NCBI GenBank assembly: GCA_001819395.1
Contig: MHMQ01000032.1
Location: 20,150-84,149 of the forward strand
Direction: 5' to 3'
From: Candidatus Niyogibacteria bacterium RIFCSPLOWO2_01_FULL_45_48
GTDB lineage: Bacteria; Patescibacteriota; Minisyncoccia; HO2-45-28
DNA length: 64,000 nucleotides
Shown: positions 56,718 through 64,000 of the stretch, one piece after another
How positions within the stretch are numbered: the first letter of the stretch is position 1
Layout: the number at the start of each line of letters is the position of its first letter
Made by a program: the position numbers and the translations under genes
Notes under the pieces: generated by a model
Database searches by the model: none
What the model was told of the DNA's origin: nothing
Seen by the model: the letters and a program-made list of their open reading frames with translations, nothing else

Positions 56718-57389
56718 ATGCTGTTAAGCGAGAGAGAAAACACGATACTTGATTTTCTTGTGCGCGATTTTATAAAAACGGCCGAGCCGGTATCTTCTTC
56801 AAAGATACGCGAGGGTTTGCGCCTTAAAGAAAGTCCCGCAACCATACGCAACATCGTGGCCGATTTGGACGAGTCCGGATATTTGGAACAGCCGCATACG
56901 TCCGCCGGACGCGTTCCCACAGACATGGCCTACCGTTATTTTGTGGACAACCTGATGTCCGAAGTGGAATTAAGCCGTCAAATTTCTTTAAGGATGAAAA
57001 GACTGACGCTTGATCGCGAAATAAGCCGTTTTTTGGCCGAAACGCTTAATTTGATGGGTTTTTCCAGTGTTGACGAAGGACATTTTGACGGACACGGACT
57101 TTTTCGCCTGCTCAAAAATCCGGAATTTAAAAAGGAAGAATCGGTTCTTGACGCGGGATATTTTGTTGACCACATAAATGAGCTTGCCAAAATTTACGGA
57201 CGGCAGGCGACCAAAAATACGGAAATTTTTATCGGCAAGGAAAATCCGGCGCGCTGCGCCCGGGAGTTCGGAGTTTTTTACGCGGAATCATACGGCAGGG
57301 GCGTAAAACAAATCACAATTCTTGTGGGCCCGAAAAGAATGAATTATGAACTTGTTTCGGGTTATATTAATTTATTTTTTGATGAATAA
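56718..57389 (+). CDS. hrcA: Heat-inducible transcription repressor HrcA (short)
   Basis: EPVSS, SPATIRN, QPHTSAGRVPT, GPKRMNY. Confidence 0.92.
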   Translation: MLLSERENTILDFLVRDFIKTAEPVSSSKIREGLRLKESPATIRNIVADLDESGYLEQPHTSAGRVPTDMAYRYFVDNLMSEVELSRQISLRMKRLTLDREISRFLAETLNLMGFSSVDEGHFDGHGLFRLLKNPEFKKEESVLDAGYFVDHINELAKIYGRQATKNTEIFIGKENPARCAREFGVFYAESYGRGVKQITILVGPKRMNYELVSGYINLFFDE

Positions 57390-57391
57390 CC

Positions 57392-57940
57392 ATGGAAAAC
57401 GAAAACAAAGATCAAACGGATGATTTAAGCATAGAAGAGGAGGATTTTGGTTCCGAGATCGAATCTAAAATTAAAAAACTGAAAGCGGAGCTTAAAGAGT
57501 GCCGGAAAAAATCAGCCGAATATCTCTCTGGATGGCAAAGAGCCAAGGCCGACCTGATAAACGCCCGAAAGGATGAAGAGAAAAGAAACGAGGCAATGGC
57601 GGTTTATGCCAACGAAAGACTTCTTTTTGACCTGCTGAACGTTTTTGACAGTTTCGACAGAGCGTTATCTGATGGGCGGGTTGCTGATCCGGAGAAGGCG
57701 GGTTTGAGCCAGATCAACGGTCAATTAGCGCAAATCGCGCGTGGATATGGACTGCAGGAGATCAAAGCGCTGGGCCAAAAATTCAATCCTCAAGAACATG
57801 AAGGCGTTATACAAGAGGACGTTTCCGACCCCGAAAAAGATCAGACGGTTTTGGAGGAACTGCAGAAAGGCTATAAAATACATGATAAAGTTTTGCGGCC
57901 GGCCAGGGTTAAAATAGGAAGTTATAAAAAAACAAATTAA
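57392..57940 (+). CDS. grpE: Nucleotide exchange factor GrpE
   Basis: QRAKAD..N, FNP..HE, QKGY...VLRPARV. Confidence 0.95.
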   Translation: MENENKDQTDDLSIEEEDFGSEIESKIKKLKAELKECRKKSAEYLSGWQRAKADLINARKDEEKRNEAMAVYANERLLFDLLNVFDSFDRALSDGRVADPEKAGLSQINGQLAQIARGYGLQEIKALGQKFNPQEHEGVIQEDVSDPEKDQTVLEELQKGYKIHDKVLRPARVKIGSYKKTN

Positions 57941-57969
57941 AAAATTAAAATCTTAAAACAGAAACAAAT

Positions 57970-59856
57970 ATGTCAAAAATTTTGGGAATAGATTTAGGAA
58001 CAACCAATTCGGCCATGGCCGTGGTGGAGGCGGGTGAGCCGAGGATTATTGAAAATACCGAGGGAAATCGGACAACTCCGTCTATTGCCGCAGTTTCAAA
58101 ATCCGGAGACCGGCTGGTCGGACTTTTGGCCAAGCGACAAGCGGTGACCAATCCCCAAAACACTATTTTTTCGGTTAAGCGTCTTATTGGCCGAAAGTTT
58201 AAAGACAAAGAGGTTCAGCACGACAAAACTCTTTTGCCGTACGAAATACGAGAGTCGGCCAACGGAGGAGTGGAAGTTAAAATTGGGGAGAATTGGCACA
58301 GGCCCGAGGAAATTTCGGCAATGGTTTTGCAAAAACTTAAGGCTGATGCCGAATCCAAGCTGGGGATAAGTATTAAAGAAGCGATTATAACCGTGCCCGC
58401 GTACTTTGACGACTCACAGAGAAAAGCCACCAAGGACGCCGGAGAAATAGCCGGACTGACCGTAAATCGCGTTATCAACGAACCCACCGCTGCGGCTTTG
58501 GCTTACGGTTTCAATAAAAAAAAGGACGAAAAAATCGTCGTTTATGATTTTGGCGGAGGAACATTTGATGTCTCGGTGCTTGAAGTTTCGGCGGATACAA
58601 TTGAGGTTAAAGCCACCGGCGGGGACACTCACTTGGGAGGGGATGACATAGACAACAGACTGATAAAGTTTCTGACCGAAGAATTCAAAAAATCAAGCGG
58701 AGTCGATGTGTCAAAAGACCACTTAGCTCTTCAGCGCCTTAAGGATGCGGCCGAGAAGGCCAAGCACGAACTTTCAAGCTCCGCGCAGACGGATATCAAC
58801 GTTCCTTTTTTAACCGCCGATGCTTCAGGACCTAAGCATTTTGAAATGAAGCTGACAAGGTCCAAACTGGAATCTTTGGTTCAGGATTTTATTGATAAGT
58901 CAATTGAGCTTACTGAAAATACCGTACGTGAGGCAGGGTTTGGGTTGAAAGAAATTAATGAGGTGGTTTTGGTCGGAGGGCAGACGAGAATGCCGGCCAT
59001 AATTGAAGCGGTCAAAAAACTTTTTGGGCGTGAACCGCACAAAAACATCAATCCCGACGAGGTTGTGGCCGTGGGCGCGGCCATTCAGGGCGGTATTCTG
59101 CGGGGTGACGTAAAGGACGTTCTGCTTCTGGATGTGACGCCTCTTTCGCTTGGCATAGAAACTCTTGGCGGGGTTTCTACGAAAGTCATCGAAAAAAATA
59201 CAACCGTTCCTGTTTCGCGCTCGCAGGTTTTTTCAACCGCGGCCGATAACCAGACGCAGGTTGAAATTCATGTCTTGCAGGGCGAGCGCGAAATGGCCCA
59301 AGACAATAAAACATTGGGAAAATTTATTCTGGACGGCATTCCGCCCGCCCCCCGGGGAATGCCCCAAGTTGAGGTTTCGTTTGATATAGACGCCAACGGA
59401 ATTTTGAACGTAAAGGCCAAGGACAAGGCGACGAGCAAGGAACAGTCCATTCGTATAGAAGCGTCTTCCGGCCTTGCCAAAGAGGATGTGGAAAGGATGA
59501 AAAAAGACGCCGAACTTCACGCCTCCGAAGACCGTAAAAAGCGCGAGTTGATTGACGCCAAAAATTCCGCCGACGCCTTAATTTATACGGCAGAAAAGGC
59601 TTTACGCGACGCGGGGGACAAGGTCGTTGAAAGCGACAAAAAAGCGGTAAATGAGGCCCTGGAGAGCCTTAAAAAAGCCAAAGATTCCGCCGGGGAAGTT
59701 TCGGAGATTAAAAAAGCAAGCGAAGACCTTTCGCGTTCTCTTTCCAAAATAGGCGAAGCGTTATATAAACAAACGACTGCCGAAGAGGGCAAAAAAGAGG
59801 AAAGCGCGAAAGAACCGAAAGATGTCGGGCATGAGGATGTTGATGATAAAAAATGA
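57970..59856 (+). CDS. dnaK: Chaperone DnaK
   Basis: [23 protein letters not shown]. Confidence 0.97.
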   Translation: MSKILGIDLGTTNSAMAVVEAGEPRIIENTEGNRTTPSIAAVSKSGDRLVGLLAKRQAVTNPQNTIFSVKRLIGRKFKDKEVQHDKTLLPYEIRESANGGVEVKIGENWHRPEEISAMVLQKLKADAESKLGISIKEAIITVPAYFDDSQRKATKDAGEIAGLTVNRVINEPTAAALAYGFNKKKDEKIVVYDFGGGTFDVSVLEVSADTIEVKATGGDTHLGGDDIDNRLIKFLTEEFKKSSGVDVSKDHLALQRLKDAAEKAKHELSSSAQTDINVPFLTADASGPKHFEMKLTRSKLESLVQDFIDKSIELTENTVREAGFGLKEINEVVLVGGQTRMPAIIEAVKKLFGREPHKNINPDEVVAVGAAIQGGILRGDVKDVLLLDVTPLSLGIETLGGVSTKVIEKNTTVPVSRSQVFSTAADNQTQVEIHVLQGEREMAQDNKTLGKFILDGIPPAPRGMPQVEVSFDIDANGILNVKAKDKATSKEQSIRIEASSGLAKEDVERMKKDAELHASEDRKKRELIDAKNSADALIYTAEKALRDAGDKVVESDKKAVNEALESLKKAKDSAGEVSEIKKASEDLSRSLSKIGEALYKQTTAEEGKKEESAKEPKDVGHEDVDDKK

Positions 59857-60938
59857 GCGACTATTATACAATTTTGGGCGTAGAGAAAAATGCCTCAAAA
59901 GAGGAAATAAAAAGAGCTTACAGAAAGCTGGCTCATAAGTATCATCCGGACAAAAGCGGCGGATCGGATACGGAATTCAAACGAATAAATGAGGCGTATT
60001 ACGTTTTGGGTGACGACAAGCGAAAAGCCGAGTATGACCGATTCGGAACTTTTTCAGGCGGCCGCGGAGGGTTTGCAGGACAGGGAGATTTCGGCTTTGA
60101 GGAAATGTGGAAAAATTTCGGAGGTTCGGGCGGATTTTCATTCGGCGGAGGGGATTTTACGGATATTTTTGAAAGTCTTTTCGGAGTCGGATTTGAGGGC
60201 TCGGCCCGTCAGTCAAAAAGAGGCCGGGACATTTCAATAGAAATAATGATTCCGTTTTCGGAGGCTGTATTCGGGACAACGCGGAAAATTTTGCTTAATA
60301 AAAGAGCTACTTGCGAAGAATGCAAAGGGAGCGGGGCGACAGGGGCAAGTAAAACAGAAAAATGCGAGACTTGTTCCGGTTCCGGAACGGTTCGTGAATC
60401 AAGACGCTCAATCTTCGGCGTTTTTACGAGCCTTTCCGAATGTCCAAAATGCAAAGGAAGAGGGGAGGTCATAAAAAATCCGTGCAAGGCCTGTAAGGGC
60501 GAAGGCGTTTTGCGCCGCGAAAATGAGGTTGAGATTTCAATACCCGCGGGCATAAATAACGGCGAAATGCTGCGTCTTACCGGAGAAGGAGAGGCAAAAA
60601 GGGGCGGGGCGGCCGGAGATCTGTATGTTAAAATACATGTTGAACCTCATCGGCTTTTTGCCAGAGAAGGACACGACCTGATTTCCGAAATTGAAGTTAG
60701 TCTGACCGATGCGCTTTTAGGCGCCCAAAAACAGATAGAAGCGCTTGACGGAAAAATAAAAATAGAGATTCCGCAAGGCGTTGATTCCGGAGATATGCTT
60801 CGCGTCCGCGGGCGCGGAGTTCCGAAAGAGCGTTCAGGTAGAGGCGATTTGCTTTTTAAAGTCAAAATTAAAAATCCCAAAAAATTATCCAGAAAAGCGC
60901 GTGAGCTAATTGAAGAACTCAAAAAAGAAGGGCTGTAA
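59853..60938 (+). CDS. dnaJ: Chaperone DnaJ
   Basis: HPD, G/F region, four CxxCxGxG repeats. Confidence 0.96.
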   Translation: MSDYYTILGVEKNASKEEIKRAYRKLAHKYHPDKSGGSDTEFKRINEAYYVLGDDKRKAEYDRFGTFSGGRGGFAGQGDFGFEEMWKNFGGSGGFSFGGGDFTDIFESLFGVGFEGSARQSKRGRDISIEIMIPFSEAVFGTTRKILLNKRATCEECKGSGATGASKTEKCETCSGSGTVRESRRSIFGVFTSLSECPKCKGRGEVIKNPCKACKGEGVLRRENEVEISIPAGINNGEMLRLTGEGEAKRGGAAGDLYVKIHVEPHRLFAREGHDLISEIEVSLTDALLGAQKQIEALDGKIKIEIPQGVDSGDMLRVRGRGVPKERSGRGDLLFKVKIKNPKKLSRKARELIEELKKEGL

Positions 60939-60973
60939 AAAATAAAAAAGCCCCGAAGGGCTTTGGGTGTGCT

Positions 60974-61555
60974 TTATGGTTTCGGGGGAGAAATGCGCTG
61001 GGGCGCGGACGGGGCGTCGGCTTTTGAAAGACGCCGGGCTTTGTTTCTTGCCTCAATTATGCTCTGATGCCATTCATACAGTTCTTCGTCGTTGGCGACG
61101 ATGATTCGGACGTTGTTGGAAACGCAAGGAGTAAAACATTCAGCTCGCCTTACGCCTATTAAGACTTTCCCGGGCTCAATTTTATCGCTCCATTCCACCT
61201 CAATTTTTCCGTTAAGGTTTACATGCAGGTCTCGGCCGCGCAAACTAAGGACTTTTGTAAAAACAACGACTGATCCGTCCTTTTCGCCATATTTGTAATA
61301 CGCGTTTTTAAAAGGCGAACCGCCGAAGCTCGCAACCAAATCAGAGTAAACTGCAGTTTTTGATACCGACTTTTCGGCGAAATACCCGAATTTAAGCTCG
61401 GGAAGGCCGTAGAAGTTGAAGTAGATAATGGCGGAAACAAAGGCAAGAAAGCCCATAACCATCCAAAACGGCGCACATGGGCAGCAACAGCATTTTGTTT
61501 GATTGTTGTCCGGCGCCGGCTTTGCTTGGGGAATCGGATTTCCGTTTGGCAACAC
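60974..61555 (-). CDS. Hypothetical membrane-anchored protein
   Basis: AGGAGG SD; Cys cluster then TM helix. Confidence 0.65.
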   Translation of the reverse strand: MLPNGNPIPQAKPAPDNNQTKCCCCPCAPFWMVMGFLAFVSAIIYFNFYGLPELKFGYFAEKSVSKTAVYSDLVASFGGSPFKNAYYKYGEKDGSVVVFTKVLSLRGRDLHVNLNGKIEVEWSDKIEPGKVLIGVRRAECFTPCVSNNVRIIVANDEELYEWHQSIIEARNKARRLSKADAPSAPQRISPPKP

Positions 61556-61650
61556 ATGCCTCCTTAATGAAAAAGAAAATCTAAAAACCAGTTTAGTTTT
61601 TTTATTTTATCTTGTCAAGAGGCACTTAAACGGGTACAATATTTAATAAT

Positions 61651-61723
61651 CCGCCCGTAGCTCAGTTGGCAGAGCAGCTCCCTTTTAAGGAGATGGTCGT
61701 AGGTTCGACTCCTACCGGGCGGA
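61651..61723 (+). tRNA. tRNA-Lys(TTT)
   Basis: CCGCCCG/CGGGCGG acceptor, CTCC-CTTTTAA-GGAG, GTTCGACTC. Confidence 0.92.
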
Positions 61724-61724
61724 C

Positions 61725-61753
61725 TTGACTTTTAATAACATTTTTGATATAAT
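61725..61753 (+). promoter_or_regulatory. Sigma70 promoter
   Basis: TTGACT-17-TATAAT with extended -10 TG. Confidence 0.7.
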
Positions 61754-61810
61754 CTTGAAGTAAGTTTGTTTTTTGTGTTTTCAACCCAAATCAGAGAAAA
61801 AGGAGATATT

Positions 61811-62029
61811 GTGGGCCAGGGCTGGGGAAATTTAAATCCGTTTCCGGACCCGAAGCAAACCGCGGTGGTTATCAAAGGAAGCGCTTCGTTAAACGAAGTT
61901 CGCGAAGCGGCGAAAACGCTGGTCGAAATCCTTGAAGCGCCGAACGAGCAAAGAACACCGGAATGGCATTTGGCGCTACGTCAGAATCTTCAGAGAATTC
62001 GCTCGCTTGCCTCTCAAGCTCTGGGATGA
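61811..62029 (+). CDS. Small hypothetical protein
   Basis: GTG after AAGGAG; own promoter and terminator (62049-62083). Confidence 0.6.
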   Translation: MGQGWGNLNPFPDPKQTAVVIKGSASLNEVREAAKTLVEILEAPNEQRTPEWHLALRQNLQRIRSLASQALG

Positions 62030-62122
62030 CCAGTGGCGAGTGTACGTGCCGGCCGTTCTCGAGAGGGAACGGCCGGATTTTTTAAAAGCCAGATTTGTGT
62101 CATAATTTAATTAAATTAATTA

Positions 62123-63547
62123 ATGAAAAACCCGGAAGGTTTTTATGAAGCCCTAAAACTTTTTAAAGAATCGGCGCGCAAAGTGCCGGCATATAAGTCG
62201 TTTTTAAAAAAGCGCGGTATTAATCCAGAGCGCGTAAGGTCATATCAAGATTTTAAAAAAATCCCCGCGACAGACAAAGATAACTATTTAAAGGCCCATG
62301 GGTTTTTCAAACTTTTTCCCGAAAGCAAAATTCCTGACATGATCTCGGCAAGCTCCGGCTCTTCGGGAAAACCATTTTATTGGCCGAGGGGTATCGAGCA
62401 GGAGGAGGTGGGAGGAAAATTACATGAAAGGATTTTCAGAGATATTTTCGGAGTCAAAAAAAACGAATCCGCGCTTGTGATAGTGTGTTTTTCAATGGGA
62501 ACGTGGATCGCTGGAACTTTCACGATGTCTTCGGCGAGGTGGCTGGCAAAAAACGGCTATAAAATTTCAGTTATTACTCCTTCGATTGAAAAAGAAGACG
62601 CGGTAAATATTTTACGGGATCTGGCGCCTTTGTTTGGGCGCGTTATTTTGGCCGGATATCCGCCGTTTTTACGAGACGTGATTGAAGAAGCAAAAGCCCA
62701 GAAGGTCGGGATTTCAAAACTCAACTTAAATTTGCTTTTTGCCGGAGAAAATTTTTCCGAAAAATACAGGGAAATAATGCATAAAATTTCGGGAGTAAAA
62801 GACAGATTCGGTGGTTCCGCCAGCATTTACGGTACGGCTGATGCCGGGGCCATAGGCCATGAAACTCCGGTAAGCGTTTTTATAAGAAAAACGGCGTCTA
62901 AAAATAAAAAATTCGCGGAGTTGATTGGGTTGAATTCGTTTGTGCCGTCAATCGTGCAGTATGATCCGAAGCAGGTTTTTTTTGAAATGCCGGACGGAGA
63001 AATGCTTTTTACGACTCGTTCCGGTATTCCGCTTATCCGTTATAACATTCATGACACCGGAATGATAATCAGCCATAAAGAGATGGAGATGTTTTTGAAA
63101 AAAGCGGGCATTTTTGATCAGGCGAGTAAACTCGGCTTTGAAAAATGGAAAATGCCTTTTATTTTCCTCGGTTCTAGAAGTGACGTCGCCACGACCTTTT
63201 ATGCTCTGAACATTTACCCCGAAAATATCAAGGCCGGGCTTGAAAATAAGGATGTTTATAAATTTGTCTCCGGAAAATTTATAGCCTACACCCGTCTTTT
63301 CAGGAGCGGACGCGACCAGAAACTGTTTATTGAAGTTGAGTTGGCGCGAGGGGTAGAGCTTTCTCAAAATCTTATAACCAAAATTCGCCAAAGCATTTTT
63401 GATAACCTAACTAAACTGAATATGGAGTACAGGAAACTTCATCGCTCAATCGGCGTAAAGGCACTTCCCGTAATTATTCTTATCCAATTCGGCGATCCCA
63501 AATTTGTGGTTAAAAAGGGCAAGCACAAATGGTCCAAAAAGAGTTAA
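62123..63547 (+). CDS. Phenylacetate-CoA ligase/F390 synthetase-like adenylate-forming enzyme
   Basis: VPAY, SSGSSGKP, GYPPF, AGE, YGTAD, PLIRYNIHD. Confidence 0.82.
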   Translation: MKNPEGFYEALKLFKESARKVPAYKSFLKKRGINPERVRSYQDFKKIPATDKDNYLKAHGFFKLFPESKIPDMISASSGSSGKPFYWPRGIEQEEVGGKLHERIFRDIFGVKKNESALVIVCFSMGTWIAGTFTMSSARWLAKNGYKISVITPSIEKEDAVNILRDLAPLFGRVILAGYPPFLRDVIEEAKAQKVGISKLNLNLLFAGENFSEKYREIMHKISGVKDRFGGSASIYGTADAGAIGHETPVSVFIRKTASKNKKFAELIGLNSFVPSIVQYDPKQVFFEMPDGEMLFTTRSGIPLIRYNIHDTGMIISHKEMEMFLKKAGIFDQASKLGFEKWKMPFIFLGSRSDVATTFYALNIYPENIKAGLENKDVYKFVSGKFIAYTRLFRSGRDQKLFIEVELARGVELSQNLITKIRQSIFDNLTKLNMEYRKLHRSIGVKALPVIILIQFGDPKFVVKKGKHKWSKKS

Positions 63548-63556
63548 TATAAAAAT

Positions 63557-64000
63557 ATGGACAAGCCTTTCGACTACGCTCAAGACAAGCCGCAATTTTT
63601 TAACAAAAAAAAAGAACTGCCGAGAGGGGCGGATGTTATTGACGCGTTTTCGCGCTCGCTTGAAGAATTGTTTTTTGTCCGCAATCCGCGGTTTAAAAAA
63701 GGAATGCCGGGAGCGGACGAAGCACTAGCCAAGTTTATGAACGAGGATGCAAAAGTAATAAACGGGGTTTATGTTTATTATCCATGGATGGGCAAGACAG
63801 TTTATCTGCCGGAAGAAAAAATTTATTTTGAACTTCGCACCGCGCGCAATAAAAATATTATAAATAAAGAGGAGCAGGATAAATACCGCGGAGTTAAAAT
63901 CGGGATTGCGGGGATGTCGGTGGGTTCAAACGTCGCTTCAACCCTTGCCTTGACGGGCGGGCCAAAGAGCATGCGTCTTGCCGATTTCGACGAAATTGAG
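63557..64000 (+). CDS. ThiF/E1-like adenylyltransferase (Rv1355c-like), runs off the window
   Basis: YVYYPW...LRTARNKNII..EEQ...IGIAGMSVG...LADFD. Confidence 0.78.
   Translation, partial: MDKPFDYAQDKPQFFNKKKELPRGADVIDAFSRSLEELFFVRNPRFKKGMPGADEALAKFMNEDAKVINGVYVYYPWMGKTVYLPEEKIYFELRTARNKNIINKEEQDKYRGVKIGIAGMSVGSNVASTLALTGGPKSMRLADFDEIE

Noticed and set aside
1-64000. Alternative genetic code (TGA recoded) or selenoproteins
   Set aside because: TGA ends conserved genes at the expected positions (gap, tktN relic, rpmG, alaS, dnaK) and no conserved ORF is interrupted by it.
1-64000. Prophage, IS or integron
   Set aside because: No integrase, transposase, terminase or structural genes were recognised; the baseplate-like gene is embedded among core genes.

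Overview
This looks like a chromosomal segment of a small-genome CPR/Patescibacteria (Parcubacteria-like) bacterium using genetic code 11. The taxon is inferred from the split transketolase, short RF1/EF-Ts/AlaRS, an FtsA-like plus baseplate-like gene pair, and a PaaX/Cas2-like orphan. Housekeeping blocks are: pentose-phosphate/glycolysis (gap, rpiB, rpe, split tkt, pfkB, fba), rplY, prfA-rpmE, rpsB-tsf, a redox/Fe-S/proteostasis block (ndh, sufCBDSU, ferredoxin, sod, nfu, htrA, clpB), tRNA-Tyr/Thr-rpmG-tRNA-Trp, guaB, pcm-mltG, mnmA-alaS, the infA-rpsI ribosomal cluster, and CIRCE-hrcA-grpE-dnaK-dnaJ. Single accessory genes are scattered between them. The most striking signal is that four conserved genes (transketolase N subunit, prfA, rpmG, tRNA-Trp) are each followed by an extra, mostly diverged copy of their own 3' end, often with a palindromic element at or just inside the junction. 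At two of these loci (transketolase, tRNA-Trp) accessory genes lie alongside, and no integrase is present in the window. This suggests a 3'-end replacement / gene-capture process. Other highlights are short palindromes inserted in-frame in coding genes, a ~200-bp hairpin element, a tRNA-antisense structured element, an apparently active/inactive metallophosphoesterase pair, and a Lon-N-domain/Clp-AAA chimera. All calls come from reading the sequence; no database searches were run.
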